A stretch of 64,000 nt of DNA from an uncultured Lachnospiraceae bacterium (GTDB lineage Bacteria; Bacillota; Clostridia; Lachnospirales; Lachnospiraceae): NCBI GenBank assembly GCA_947630875.1, contig CANRJG010000003.1, positions 6,024 through 70,023 on the forward strand, read 5' to 3'. The notes below the pieces were generated by a model. The model worked only from the letters and a program-made list of their open reading frames with translations, was not told where the DNA came from and searched no databases. Position numbers and translations under genes: made by a program. Positions 45,441-55,922 of this stretch are shown here, piece after piece. Every line of letters begins with the position of its first letter. Positions within the stretch are counted from its first letter, which is position 1.

Positions 45441-46302
45441 TATAAAACAAATTTGGGGTCTTCTTTCCTATTCTCTGCATACCTTATTTTTTTCAAAAAA
45501 ATTTGCGGTATTTTTGCTTGTGGCATTTTTGTTTTCCGTCTGTACATTTGGGGGATTAAATGATATTTCCCGTTTTTATGGTGTGAAAACATCCGCTTAT
45601 GTATTTCCGTTTTTCATAAGTAATCCGTCGATGCTGCTCATTCTTGGCGCGCTGGTAATTTATCTGTTCTTTGATGTTCCATTTACGGAACGAGACATCT
45701 TTTCGGTCATGATTCGAGTGAATCGGTGTATTTATTATATTGCTAAGATAATATATATTTTTATTGTATCGGTCGTGACTGCAGCATTTTTTATTCTGGC
45801 TTCCGTTATGTCTGTTTTGCCAAACGCCGATTTTTCCAATCAATGGGGGAAAATAATAAATACGCTTGCGTCCAGTCCGCAGACCATTTTTGAGCATGTC
45901 AATGCAAACATCGGGTTTGGCGTCAACAATATGATTGTACAACATTACACACCCCTTGCCGCAACGGCACTTTCCTTTCTGCTCATGGTGCTGGTCGTGT
46001 TTTTTATCGGTATTGTTATCATGTTTTGTCGTATTATGGTATCCGGAAATGCAGCTTATATTGTGAGCGGTTTTTTCGTTTCGCTGTCATATTTTGCCGC
46101 TTTTTTAGGAAATTTAAGCTTTCACGGTATTTTATATTTTATTTCTCCATTCTCATGGATCAGTTTAAATGGGCTGGATATTTACAGCAGCGGACAGGCG
46201 CCGAATCCAATACAGGCAATACGCACACTCATTTGTGCTGCTGCAGTATTGGCATGCATTGCATTTTTAAAATTTTATAAACATGATTTAAATATTGAAT
46301 GA
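45433..46302 (+). CDS. ABC-2 type transporter permease, second subunit
   Basis: 289-aa polytopic ORF. 8-nt overlap with the previous gene. Confidence 0.6.
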   Translation: MHSIKQIWGLLSYSLHTLFFSKKFAVFLLVAFLFSVCTFGGLNDISRFYGVKTSAYVFPFFISNPSMLLILGALVIYLFFDVPFTERDIFSVMIRVNRCIYYIAKIIYIFIVSVVTAAFFILASVMSVLPNADFSNQWGKIINTLASSPQTIFEHVNANIGFGVNNMIVQHYTPLAATALSFLLMVLVVFFIGIVIMFCRIMVSGNAAYIVSGFFVSLSYFAAFLGNLSFHGILYFISPFSWISLNGLDIYSSGQAPNPIQAIRTLICAAAVLACIAFLKFYKHDLNIE

Positions 46303-46321
46303 ATGGAGGCAGGATGTATCA

Positions 46322-46957
46322 ATGGATCCTATGGTTCGTATTACCAATCTCAGCAAATCATTTAAAGAAACAAAGGCAGTCGATGATGTCAGTATTGCTT
46401 TTGAACGAAATCAAATCCATGGAATTATTGGCAGAAACGGATCCGGAAAAACCGTTCTTTTTAAGTGTATCTGCGGTTTTATGATTCCTGACAGCGGTAT
46501 CATCGAAATCAACGGAAAAAAAATCTCTCCGCAAAAAGCACAGAATATCGGAATTATGATTGATCGTCCGGGATTTTGTGATAATATGAATGCTTACAAA
46601 AATTTGCGTATGCTTGCGTCTATACAGAGAAAAGTTTCCAAACAGCAGATCAGGGATAATATCTCGCTGGTGGGATTGGATCCTGACAGTAAGAAACATG
46701 TAGGAAAGTTTTCCATGGGAATGAAGCAGCGTCTGGGAATTGCGCAGGCCATTATGGAAACGCCTCCTTTATTGATCCTTGACGAACCGCTGAATGGGCT
46801 TGATAAGGATGGCGTGGCGCAGATAAGAGAATTGTTTTTGTCATTTAAAGAGAAAGGAATGACCATTATTTTCTCATCTCATTATGCGGAAGATATCGAT
46901 CTGCTGTGCGACACCATTACTGTCATGGAAGCCGGAAAGATTGTGTCTGCAACATAA
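46322..46957 (+). CDS. ABC transporter ATP-binding protein
   Basis: Walker A GRNGSGKT, signature FSMGMKQRL, Walker B LLILDEP. An alternative TTG start at 46295 would overlap the permease stop. Confidence 0.85.
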   Translation: MDPMVRITNLSKSFKETKAVDDVSIAFERNQIHGIIGRNGSGKTVLFKCICGFMIPDSGIIEINGKKISPQKAQNIGIMIDRPGFCDNMNAYKNLRMLASIQRKVSKQQIRDNISLVGLDPDSKKHVGKFSMGMKQRLGIAQAIMETPPLLILDEPLNGLDKDGVAQIRELFLSFKEKGMTIIFSSHYAEDIDLLCDTITVMEAGKIVSAT

Positions 46958-47076
46958 GTGTTTTCCATCCGGACAATGCGCAGAAAGGGATTGAAAACCC
47001 ACCCGTGTTTGTGCTATCATAATCTTTAGTTTCAAAACGTTTTTCCAAAAAATGACAATAAAAAAGGAGTACAGCT

Positions 47077-48075
47077 ATGGGATTTATTGATGTAATCAAA
47101 CAAAGAGCCAAAGCCGACAAAAAGGTGATCGTTCTGCCGGAGACAGAAGATCAGAGAACCTATGCGGCTGCAGAACAGATTTTAAAAGAGGATATCGCGG
47201 ATATCATTCTGGTGGGTTCCCGCGCGCAGGTTGCGGAAAACGGAAAAGGCTATGACATTGCCAAGGCAACCATCGTTGATCCTGCGGACAATCCGAAGAC
47301 AAAAGACTATATTGACAAGCTGGTAGAGCTTCGTTCCAAGAAGGGTATGACGCCGGAGCAGGCGGAAGACATTCTGCTGCATCAGTATCTGTACTACGGC
47401 GTTATGATGGTGAAGATGGGTGATGCCGACGGTATGGTATCCGGCGCCTGCCATTCCACCGCGGACACTTTGCGTCCCTGCCTGCAGATCTTAAAGACGA
47501 AACCCGGCACCAAGCTGGTTTCCGCATTTTTCGTTATCGTTGTGCCTGACTGCGAGTACGGCGCAAACGGCACTTTCATTTTCGGTGATTCCGGTCTGGT
47601 ACAGAATCCGAATCCGGAAGAGTTGGCGGCCATCGCCCTGTCTTCCGCGGATTCCTTCAAGCAGCTGGTACAGGAAGAGCCGGTGGTTGCGCTGCTGTCC
47701 CATTCCACCAAGGGAAGCGCATCTCACCCGGACGTAGACAAAGTGGTTGCGGCCACCCAGATTGCAAAAGAAGCTAATCCGACGCTGAAGCTGGACGGCG
47801 AGTTCCAGCTTGACGCGGCCATCGTTCCTTCGGTGGGACAGTCCAAGGCGCCGGGCAGCGATATCGCAGGCAAGGCCAATGTCCTGATCTTCCCGGATCT
47901 GGATGCGGGCAATATCGGTTACAAACTGGCCCAGCGTCTGGCCAAGGCGGAAGCTTACGGACCCATTACCCAGGGTATCGCAAAGCCGGTCAACGATTTG
48001 TCCAGAGGCTGCAGCGCAGAGGATATCGTCGGCGTTGTCGCCATCACGGCAGTACAGGCACAGGCCGCAGAATAA
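47077..48075 (+). CDS. pta: phosphate acetyltransferase
   Basis: VLPE..D.R...A, DGMVSGA.HST.DTLRP and PDL.AGNI.YK motifs. Confidence 0.9.
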   Translation: MGFIDVIKQRAKADKKVIVLPETEDQRTYAAAEQILKEDIADIILVGSRAQVAENGKGYDIAKATIVDPADNPKTKDYIDKLVELRSKKGMTPEQAEDILLHQYLYYGVMMVKMGDADGMVSGACHSTADTLRPCLQILKTKPGTKLVSAFFVIVVPDCEYGANGTFIFGDSGLVQNPNPEELAAIALSSADSFKQLVQEEPVVALLSHSTKGSASHPDVDKVVAATQIAKEANPTLKLDGEFQLDAAIVPSVGQSKAPGSDIAGKANVLIFPDLDAGNIGYKLAQRLAKAEAYGPITQGIAKPVNDLSRGCSAEDIVGVVAITAVQAQAAE

Positions 48076-48081
48076 ACGACA

Positions 48082-48117
48082 TGGCAGGGGCGCCCTTCGG
48101 GTGCGTGTGCCGTTACC
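48082..48117 (+). repeat. half copy (second hairpin module) of the intergenic repeat family
   Basis: tggcaggggcgccc-ttc-gggtgcgtgtgccgttacc aligns with 7115-7150. The flanks ggcag...tgccgttacc are identical. Confidence 0.65.
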
Positions 48118-48141
48118 GAATGAATAAGGGAGAATTTGATT

Positions 48142-49338
48142 ATGAATATTTTAGTAATTAACTGTGGAAGTTCTTCATTGAAATTTCAGCTCATCGATTC
48201 CGACAGTGAGTCGGTGCTGGCCAAGGGTTTATGCGAGCGCATCGGCATCGACGGCAGCAGGCTGGTGTATCAGCCGGCGGGCAAGGACAAGCTGACCTTT
48301 GAAATCCCCATGCCCACCCACAAGCAGGCCATTTCGGCGGTGCTGGACGCTTTGACGGACAAAGGGCACGGCGTAATTGCCAGCCTGTCCGAGGTAGGCG
48401 CAGTGGGACACCGTGTGGTACACGGCGGCGAAAAATACGCGTCTTCCGTATTGCTGAATGACGACGTCATCGCTGCCATCGAAGAGTGCAACGACCTGGC
48501 GCCGCTGCACAATCCCGCCAACCTGATCGGCATCCGTGCCTGCATGGAACTGATGCCGGGCACCCCCATGACGGCGGTATTTGATACGGCGTTCCATCAG
48601 ACCATGCCGAAGGAAGCGTATCTCTATGGCCTGCCTTACAGAATGTATGAAGACTATAAGGTCAGAAAGTACGGCTTCCACGGAACCAGCCACAGCTTCG
48701 TTTCCAAACGGACGGCGGAGTTCCTGGGCAAAAACATCGAAGATATGAAGATTATCGTCTGCCATCTGGGCAACGGCGCCAGCATTTCCGCGGTGCTTCA
48801 CGGCAAATCAGTCGATACCTCTATGGGTCTGACCCCGCTGGAAGGTCTGGTGATGGGCACCCGCTGCGGCGACGTGGATCCTTCCGCACTGGAATTTATC
48901 GCCAAGAAGGAAAACTTAAACTTTGCCCAGGTCATGAACCTCTGCAATAAAGAATCCGGCGTATACGGCCTGTCCGGCGGCCTTTCCAGCGATTTCAGAG
49001 ATCTGGAAAGCGCGGCAGGCGAGGGCAATGCCGCAGCCAAAACTGCCATTGACGTATTCTGTTACAGAGTGCTGAAGTACATCGGCAGCTACATCGCGGC
49101 TATGAACGGCGTGGACGCCATTGCCTTTACTGCCGGTTTGGGTGAAAATGACGGCGCAGTCAGAAAACAGATCTGCGCAAATCTGGCGTACATGGGCATT
49201 GCTATCGACGATACGCAAAATGCGAAGCGCGGTGAGGAAGTTTTGATTTCCACACCGGATTCCAAGGTGGCCGTGGTGGTGATCCCGACGAATGAGGAAC
49301 TTGCAATTGCCAGAGAAACTTTAAAACTGGTAAAATAA
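48142..49338 (+). CDS. ackA: acetate kinase
   Basis: [28 protein letters not shown] and GFHGTSH motifs. Confidence 0.9.
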   Translation: MNILVINCGSSSLKFQLIDSDSESVLAKGLCERIGIDGSRLVYQPAGKDKLTFEIPMPTHKQAISAVLDALTDKGHGVIASLSEVGAVGHRVVHGGEKYASSVLLNDDVIAAIEECNDLAPLHNPANLIGIRACMELMPGTPMTAVFDTAFHQTMPKEAYLYGLPYRMYEDYKVRKYGFHGTSHSFVSKRTAEFLGKNIEDMKIIVCHLGNGASISAVLHGKSVDTSMGLTPLEGLVMGTRCGDVDPSALEFIAKKENLNFAQVMNLCNKESGVYGLSGGLSSDFRDLESAAGEGNAAAKTAIDVFCYRVLKYIGSYIAAMNGVDAIAFTAGLGENDGAVRKQICANLAYMGIAIDDTQNAKRGEEVLISTPDSKVAVVVIPTNEELAIARETLKLVK

Positions 49339-49341
49339 TGT

Positions 49342-49370
49342 TTGACATTTCATCCGCTTCCCGTTATAAT
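49342..49370 (+). promoter_or_regulatory. consensus sigma-A promoter for rpmF
   Basis: TTGACA (49342-49347), 17-nt spacer, TATAAT (49365-49370). Confidence 0.6.
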
Positions 49371-49425
49371 GTTGGATGCGTGTTGAGAAAAGCAAGTGAT
49401 TATTCGTGGATTGGAGGTGCAAAAG

Positions 49426-49605
49426 ATGTCCATTTGTCCGAAAAATAAATCCTCTAAAGGTCATCGTGATCAGAGAAGAGCCAACTGGAAAATGAGCGCT
49501 CCTTGTCTGGTGAAGTGCAGCAAATGCGGTGCGTTGATGATGCCGCACAGAGTTTGCAAAGCATGCGGATCTTACAATAAAAGAGAAATTATTCCGCAGG
49601 ATTAA
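49426..49605 (+). CDS. rpmF: 50S ribosomal protein L32
   Basis: 59 aa. CPKNK.SK..RD.RR and the zinc ribbon C.KCG....PHRVC..CG.Y. GGAGG RBS. Confidence 0.85.
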   Translation: MSICPKNKSSKGHRDQRRANWKMSAPCLVKCSKCGALMMPHRVCKACGSYNKREIIPQD

Positions 49606-49616
49606 ACAAAACAATC

Positions 49617-49655
49617 AGGGCTTTCCGAAGAAATTCGGAAGGCCCTTTACATTTT
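49617..49655 (+). terminator. intrinsic terminator after rpmF
   Basis: agggctttccgaa pairs with ttcggaaggccct (one G-U), then ttacatttt. Confidence 0.6.
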
Positions 49656-49685
49656 CCGGCATCGTTTCCCGGCTTTTAAGACGGC

Positions 49686-49714
49686 TTGACAGAACAGGAA
49701 AAGCATACTATAAT
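49686..49714 (+). promoter_or_regulatory. consensus sigma-A promoter upstream of the 146-aa ORF and plsX
   Basis: TTGACA (49686-49691), 17-nt spacer, TATAAT (49709-49714). Confidence 0.6.
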
Positions 49715-49749
49715 TCAAAACACAACTAAAATAATAGGAGAATTACAGA

Positions 49750-50190
49750 ATGCAAAAATCTTCGCTGAAGGTGGGACCGGTGGCGGAAACCGGAGAATGG
49801 CTGAAAGCCTATAGAGAATTGAAATTTCTGTCAGACTGTCTGCCGGAAGAAGGGCGTACCCGTATAAAACAGGCACTGCGGATCATGGATGCGGCGCTGG
49901 CGCAGCTGCGGCATTCCCATCCGGAAGGAGAAAAGCTTGGCCAGGTCCTGCTCTGCGGTTATTTTACAGGAAAACACTGCAGCAGGCTGGAACTATGCGA
50001 AGCCCTCGGACAGAAGTTTGGCCGGGAAATTGCCATGTCTACGCTGTATCGCTGGCAGAAAAAGGCCATCGGCGCTTATGCATGCATACTGTTTGCCGAT
50101 CCGGCGGCGCCTGCGTCGATTCGAACAGCGATGAAAGATATGCACTGCATGGCGAAGCGTTTCAGCGGCGCAAATTCAGGAGAACCCTGA
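49750..50190 (+). CDS. hypothetical protein, possible helix-turn-helix (sigma-70 region-4-like) regulator
   Basis: 146 aa, AGGAGA RBS. The segment SRLELCEALGQKFGREIAMSTLYRWQKKAI looks like an HTH. No family recognised. Confidence 0.5.
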   Translation: MQKSSLKVGPVAETGEWLKAYRELKFLSDCLPEEGRTRIKQALRIMDAALAQLRHSHPEGEKLGQVLLCGYFTGKHCSRLELCEALGQKFGREIAMSTLYRWQKKAIGAYACILFADPAAPASIRTAMKDMHCMAKRFSGANSGEP

Positions 50191-50261
50191 AAATTTTTTG
50201 AAAAATGATTGATTTATCGGGTCAGCTTTAGTATTATCTACTACATAAGATGGAGGATGTT

Positions 50262-51296
50262 ATGAGTCGTTTGATTAAAGTGGCTGTGGACGCCATGGGC
50301 GGAGACAACGCCCCGGTGGAGATTGTCAAAGGTGCAGTCAAAGCGCTGGGCGCTTCAGAAGAATTATATATATTTCTGGTAGGAGACGAGACGCGGATCC
50401 GTCAGGTTCTGGAAAAGGAAAGCTATCCCCAGGACCGGCTGGAAATTGTGCCTGCGTCGGAGCAGATCGAAATGTCCGAGCATCCCGTCAATGCGATTCG
50501 CAGGAAGAAGGATTCCTCCATGGTGGTCGCCATGCGGCTGGTCAGGGACGGAAAAGCGGACGCCTTTTTGTCCGCGGGCAATTCCGGCGCCGTGCTGGTG
50601 GGCGGTATTGCCATTATCGGCAAGCTGCGGGGGATTGACAGAACGCCTTTCGGCGCCATGGTACCCTGTGCGAAGGGCGCGACCCTGCTTTTGGATTCCG
50701 GCGCCAATGTAGATGTCAGAGCATCGCATCTGTGCCAGTTCGCCCGGCTGGGCACGCTGTATTTAAAGCATGCGGTGGGCATTGCGGATCCGACGGTAGG
50801 CATTATGAATATCGGAACGGAAGAAGAAAAGGGAAATGCGCTGGTGCAGGAGGCGATTCCGCTGCTCAAGGCGGAGGAAGGCATTCATTTTATCGGTTCC
50901 GTGGAAGCCAGAGAGATTCCCCAGAGCGCCGCGGATATCGTGGTCTGCGACGGATTTGCGGGCAATATTTTCCTGAAAACCTATGAAGGTACCAGCAAGC
51001 TGTTGATGCATGTTATAAAATCCATGCTGGTTTCTTCTTTTAAAATGAAACTGGGCGCGCTGCTGATCAAAGGCGGCCTGAAGCAGACTCTGGCGAAGTT
51101 TGATGCCGCGGAACATGGCGGGGCACCGCTGCTGGGCTGCAAAGAGCTGGTGATCAAGTGTCACGGCAATGCGACGGCAAAGGAAATCAAAAACGCCTGT
51201 CTGCAGTGTCTGTCCTATGTAAAAAATGACGTTACAGGCATTATCCGCGCCAATATGGGAACCGCAGCACAGAAGGAGGAGGAAAATGGACTTTAA
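50262..51296 (+). CDS. plsX: phosphate acyltransferase
   Basis: VAVDAMGGDNAP, SAGN.GA and DGF.GN..LK motifs. Confidence 0.9.
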   Translation: MSRLIKVAVDAMGGDNAPVEIVKGAVKALGASEELYIFLVGDETRIRQVLEKESYPQDRLEIVPASEQIEMSEHPVNAIRRKKDSSMVVAMRLVRDGKADAFLSAGNSGAVLVGGIAIIGKLRGIDRTPFGAMVPCAKGATLLLDSGANVDVRASHLCQFARLGTLYLKHAVGIADPTVGIMNIGTEEEKGNALVQEAIPLLKAEEGIHFIGSVEAREIPQSAADIVVCDGFAGNIFLKTYEGTSKLLMHVIKSMLVSSFKMKLGALLIKGGLKQTLAKFDAAEHGGAPLLGCKELVIKCHGNATAKEIKNACLQCLSYVKNDVTGIIRANMGTAAQKEEENGL

Positions 51297-51513
51297 TCAG
51301 CTTTGTGAAATTATTGCAGACGTAACGGAAAAGGATTTATCAAGCATTACGGAGAATGCCAGCTTTGTAGATGATCTGGATGCGGATTCTCTGGATATGC
51401 TTGAGATCATTATGCGAATAGAAGATGAATGCGGCATTGAGATCTCACCGGAAGATGCAGACGAAATCGCAACGGTAGGCGAGGCATGGGATAAAATTCA
51501 GGCCGCCCTTTAA
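51286..51513 (+). CDS. acpP: acyl carrier protein
   Basis: 75 aa. The DLDADSLDMLEIIM phosphopantetheine Ser motif. AAGGAGGAGG RBS. 11-nt overlap with plsX. Confidence 0.85.
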   Translation: MDFNQLCEIIADVTEKDLSSITENASFVDDLDADSLDMLEIIMRIEDECGIEISPEDADEIATVGEAWDKIQAAL

Positions 51514-51560
51514 TCAGATTGTGTTTCGGGATGAAAAACGATTGTACAGACGAATCAGTT

Positions 51561-51592
51561 GAAAGAATCCTGCTTTCGCAGGGTTCTTTCTT
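51561..51592 (+). terminator. terminator hairpin after acpP
   Basis: gaaagaatcctgc-tttc-gcagggttctttc, a 13-bp stem with one G-U, then tt. Confidence 0.55.
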
Positions 51593-51662
51593 AATGCAGA
51601 GGCAGGATGGAAACGTCTGGAATGTTGATGCTTCCCGACAATAGAAGTAAGGTGAATTTAAA

Positions 51663-52361
51663 ATGGTAGATACAAGGCGGCTGGAACAGATCATTGCATA
51701 TCATTTTCAGGATCCGTCAAAGCTGGAGACGGCTCTGACCCACAGTTCCTATGCCAATGAAATGCAGGTCAACCGGCGGGAAAACAATGAACGGTATGAA
51801 TTCCTGGGGGATGCGGTACTGGAACTGACGGTAAGCGACTATCTGTTTGCACAGCATCCGGAATTTCCGGAGGGAAAGCTGACAAAAAAGAGGGCCAGTA
51901 TCGTGTGCGAACAGACGCTGTTTCTGTGCGCGCAGAAAATCAGTCTCGGACAGTTTCTCTACCTGGGAAAAGGCGAGGAAAATACAGGGGGCAGAAAGCG
52001 GCCTTCCGTCCTTTCCGATGCATTTGAAGCACTGATCGGCGCCATTTATCTGGACGGCGGGATGGACAGTGCCGTGGATTTTATCAATCGGTTTGTGTTG
52101 TGCAATCTGCGGGAAATCGAGCTGTTTTATGACTGCAAGACGACGCTGCAGGAACTGGTGCAGTCTTCTTATGCGCAGCCGCTGCATTACCGGCTGGTCA
52201 GAGAGGAAGGCCCGGATCACGCAAAGCGTTTCATTACCGAGGCCCTGCTGGGCGGGCAGGTGATCGGCACGGGAGAAGGATCCACAAAGAAAGCTTCGGA
52301 GCAGGCAGCGGCCTATCATGCGATTCTGAAACTGAACGGACAGGAGACACCATGTATTTAA
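51663..52361 (+). CDS. rnc: ribonuclease III
   Basis: NERYEFLGDAVLEL signature and a C-terminal dsRBD (G.G.SKK.AEQ.AA). Confidence 0.9.
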   Translation: MVDTRRLEQIIAYHFQDPSKLETALTHSSYANEMQVNRRENNERYEFLGDAVLELTVSDYLFAQHPEFPEGKLTKKRASIVCEQTLFLCAQKISLGQFLYLGKGEENTGGRKRPSVLSDAFEALIGAIYLDGGMDSAVDFINRFVLCNLREIELFYDCKTTLQELVQSSYAQPLHYRLVREEGPDHAKRFITEALLGGQVIGTGEGSTKKASEQAAAYHAILKLNGQETPCI

Positions 52362-55300
52362 AGTCGATTGAGATATACGGGTTTAAATCATTTGCAAATA
52401 AGATTCTTTTCGAATTTCATAACGGCGTGACAGGCATTGTGGGACCCAACGGAAGCGGTAAAAGCAATGTGGCGGACGCGGTACGGTGGGTGCTGGGAGA
52501 GCAGCGGACCAAACAGCTGCGGGGCGCCAGTATGCAGGATGTGATTTTTGCCGGAACCGAACTGAAAAAGCCCATGAGTTATGCTTCGGTTTCCATTACA
52601 TTGGACAATGCGGATCACGCTCTGGCTGTGGATTATGAGGAAGTGAAGGTCAGCCGCCGGCTGTACCGCAGCGGCGAGAGCGAATATCTGATCAACGGAA
52701 CTGCGTGCAGGCTGCGGGATGTGCAGGAGCTGTTTTATGATACGGGCATCGGCAAGGAAGGCTATTCCATTATCGGACAGGGACAGATCGAACGGATTCT
52801 GTCGGGAAAACCGGAGGAACGCCGGGAACTGTTCGACGAGGCGGCCGGCATTGTGAAATTTAAGAGAAGAAAAGCCACGGCACAGAAAAAGCTGGAAGAA
52901 GAGCGGCAGAATTTAAGCCGTGTCAAGGATATATTAAAGGAAATCGAAAAGCATTTGTCCCCTCTGGAAAAACAGGCAGAGATTGCGAAGCTCTATCTTT
53001 CCAAGCGGGATGAATTGAAAACCTATGACGTCAATCTGTTTCTGGCGGACATTCAGAAAACCGCAAAAACGCTGGAAAGCCTGTCGGAAAAGCTGCAGAC
53101 GGCAAATGATGCGCTGGCGCAGGCAAAGGCCTCCTATGAGGCGGTAAAAGCGCAGTATCAGGAAATGCAGGGCCATATCGGCGAAAGCGATGAGAAAATC
53201 GAGGAAATTACCCGGCTTTGCAACGAAACTACGGTTCGAAAGGAGCAGCTGGAAGGGGAACTGCGTCTGGTGGAAGAGCAGATCAGCGCAGCCGTGTCCA
53301 ATGACAACAGAAACAGCACCCGGATCGGACAGCTGGAAACGCGGCTGGCGGATTTGCGGAAAGAACAGCAGTCCCTGGAAGCGGAAAAGCAGCAGTATCA
53401 GCTGGAAGATACGGAACTGAAAGAAAAGCAGCAGCATCTGCTGGATGAAATACACAAAGTGCAGCAGGACGTTGAGGATGGTAATGCGGCCTGCGACCGG
53501 ATCAACGGGCAGATCCTGGCGCTGCTGCATGATGATGCGGCGGAAGCGGCCAATCAGGAACGCTATGGGACCATGACCTCCCATCTGAAAGAGCAGAAGC
53601 AGGCGGCGGAGGATTCCATCCGGGAAGCCGAGGCGAAGATCAAAAGCCTGACCGAGGCGCAGGAAGCGCAGAAGCAGGCATATGCGGAGATCGCCGGACA
53701 GAAAGAAGCGGCCCGCAAAGAGCAGCAGGAGACAGAGGCGCATCTGGACGAAATCCGGTCATGGATGCAGAAGCAGAACCTTTCGCTGGTAGACCGGCAG
53801 AACCGGTATTACCGGGAGGTATCAAAACTGGAATCTCTGCATAATATTACGGAGTATTATGAAGGATACGGCAACAGCGTCCGGAAAATCATGGAGCAGA
53901 AAGCACAGGTACCTGCCATTGCGGGCGTGGTTGCGGACGTGATACAGACAGAAAAAAAATATGAGACGGCCATTGAAATTGCATTGGGCGGCAATATTCA
54001 GAATATTATAACCGAGGACGAAAAAACCGCCACGGATATGATTGCTTTTCTGAAGGAAAATCATTACGGCCGCGCTACCTTTCTGCCGCTGACTACGGTC
54101 CGTCCGAAAAAATTCGAGTATGAGGACGCTCTGACCGCGGAAGGCGTGATCGGGCTGGCGTCGTCGCTGGTACAGTATGAAGAAAAATACAGTAAGATCG
54201 CGGAATATCTGCTGGGAACCATTGTGGTAACGGATGAGATCGAACACGCAAAGGCGCTGGCAAAAGCATTTCGCTACCGGTTAAAGATCGTGACGCTGGA
54301 CGGAGAGTTCTTAGCCCCCGGCGGTTCACTGACAGGCGGCGCGTTTAAGCACAACAACAATTTCCTCGGCAGAAAAAGAGAGCTGGCCGAGGTGAGTGCG
54401 CGGGTAAAAAAATACAAAGCCCAGACAGAAGAAATCGAAGCGCAGATCGCCGAAAAGAAGACGGAGCGGGACGCCTACCGGCTGCAGCTTAGTAAAAATG
54501 CGGAGCAGCGGCAGGCATTGTCGCTGCGGGAAAATACGTTGAACATCAATTTGAAAAATCTGACGGGTGAGATGGCGGAGACCGAAACGCAGATTACCTC
54601 GCTGGAGCTTTTGCTGGAGAAGCTGGCGGAAGAACAGCAGCAGGTGGCAGCCGAACAGATTCGCAGCCAGGATAAGCAGCTTTCCTTTGCGGAACAGAAA
54701 GAAGCATTGGAAACGAAACTGGCCGAACTGCGCCGGACACTGGACAGCGCAGGAAAATCAGAGACAGAACTGCTGAGCCATTTGGCGGATATTCAGACGG
54801 AGCGGCAGAAGAAAACCCAGGCCATTGAATTCACCGATGCCAGTATCCAGAGACTATCCGGCGATCTGGCACTGGTACAGAAGGAAAAACAGCAGATCGA
54901 TGAGGAAATGAAACGCATGGATCAGTCGCTGGCTGACCGGAAATCCCATAGGGAGGAACTGAAAGAAACGCTGGAGGAATGCAGAAAGCAGAGCGAGGCG
55001 TATACAGAAGTTCTGGGCAGGTATAAAGGGCAGAAGCAGGAACTTGCTGAGGCCCATACCAGACTGCTGGATCAGCGGGAATCCCTGTCCGGGGAAATTG
55101 CATCGCTGGATAAAGAGGCATTCCGGCTGGGTTCCCAGATCGAACGGGCGGAGGAAAACCGCAGCCGTTTCATTAATTATATGTGGGAGGAATACGAGCT
55201 GACCTACGAGACGGCAAAAACGCTGTACCGCGAGGGCGTTTCCGATCAGGAATTGAGACGCCGGGTCAAAGAACTGCGAAATGAAATCAAAGCGCTGGGT

Positions 55301-55909
55301 ACCGTCAATGTCAATGCCATTGAGGAGTATAAGGAAACGCTGGAACGCTACGAATTTCTGACAAAACAGCACGATGATATCGAAAAGTCGGAAAATGCGC
55401 TGCAAAGCGTGATTAAAGAACTGGATACCGGTATGCGCAGACAGTTTCAGGAAAGCTTCGAGCAGATCTCGAAAGAGTTTCATAAAACTTTCAGGGAATT
55501 GTTTGAAGGCGGAAAGGGAACACTGGAACTGATCGATGAGACCGGCGACGTGCTGGATGCGTCTATTTCCATTACCGCCCAGCCTCCCGGAAAGAAACTG
55601 CAGAACATGATGCAGCTCTCCGGCGGAGAGAAGGCGCTGACGGCCATTGCGCTGCTGTTTGCGATTCAAAACCTCAAACCTTCGCCTTTCTGTCTGCTGG
55701 ATGAGATCGAGGCGGCGCTGGATGATTCCAATATTACACGGTTTGCAAAATATCTGGGAAAACTGACCAGACATACACAGTTTATTGTCATTACCCACCG
55801 GAAAGGCACTATGGCGGCAGCAGACCGGCTATACGGAATTACGATGCAGGAAAAGGGCGTATCGGCGCTGGTGTCTGTCAATCTGATCGAAGAGCAGCTG
55901 GAAGCATAA
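52352..55909 (+). CDS. smc: chromosome segregation protein SMC
   Basis: GPNGSGKSN Walker A, long coiled coils, a hinge region, and C-terminal LSGGEK plus [10 protein letters not shown]. Confidence 0.95.
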   Translation: MYLKSIEIYGFKSFANKILFEFHNGVTGIVGPNGSGKSNVADAVRWVLGEQRTKQLRGASMQDVIFAGTELKKPMSYASVSITLDNADHALAVDYEEVKVSRRLYRSGESEYLINGTACRLRDVQELFYDTGIGKEGYSIIGQGQIERILSGKPEERRELFDEAAGIVKFKRRKATAQKKLEEERQNLSRVKDILKEIEKHLSPLEKQAEIAKLYLSKRDELKTYDVNLFLADIQKTAKTLESLSEKLQTANDALAQAKASYEAVKAQYQEMQGHIGESDEKIEEITRLCNETTVRKEQLEGELRLVEEQISAAVSNDNRNSTRIGQLETRLADLRKEQQSLEAEKQQYQLEDTELKEKQQHLLDEIHKVQQDVEDGNAACDRINGQILALLHDDAAEAANQERYGTMTSHLKEQKQAAEDSIREAEAKIKSLTEAQEAQKQAYAEIAGQKEAARKEQQETEAHLDEIRSWMQKQNLSLVDRQNRYYREVSKLESLHNITEYYEGYGNSVRKIMEQKAQVPAIAGVVADVIQTEKKYETAIEIALGGNIQNIITEDEKTATDMIAFLKENHYGRATFLPLTTVRPKKFEYEDALTAEGVIGLASSLVQYEEKYSKIAEYLLGTIVVTDEIEHAKALAKAFRYRLKIVTLDGEFLAPGGSLTGGAFKHNNNFLGRKRELAEVSARVKKYKAQTEEIEAQIAEKKTERDAYRLQLSKNAEQRQALSLRENTLNINLKNLTGEMAETETQITSLELLLEKLAEEQQQVAAEQIRSQDKQLSFAEQKEALETKLAELRRTLDSAGKSETELLSHLADIQTERQKKTQAIEFTDASIQRLSGDLALVQKEKQQIDEEMKRMDQSLADRKSHREELKETLEECRKQSEAYTEVLGRYKGQKQELAEAHTRLLDQRESLSGEIASLDKEAFRLGSQIERAEENRSRFINYMWEEYELTYETAKTLYREGVSDQELRRRVKELRNEIKALGTVNVNAIEEYKETLERYEFLTKQHDDIEKSENALQSVIKELDTGMRRQFQESFEQISKEFHKTFRELFEGGKGTLELIDETGDVLDASISITAQPPGKKLQNMMQLSGGEKALTAIALLFAIQNLKPSPFCLLDEIEAALDDSNITRFAKYLGKLTRHTQFIVITHRKGTMAAADRLYGITMQEKGVSALVSVNLIEEQLEA

Positions 55910-55922
55910 AAAAGGAGTTTAT

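Noticed and set aside
54854-55798. 314-aa minus-strand ORF (similar ones at 52934-53743 and 53822-54247)
   Set aside because: These are antisense shadow ORFs inside smc. The repetitive Leu/Gln/Phe content mirrors the coiled-coil codons.
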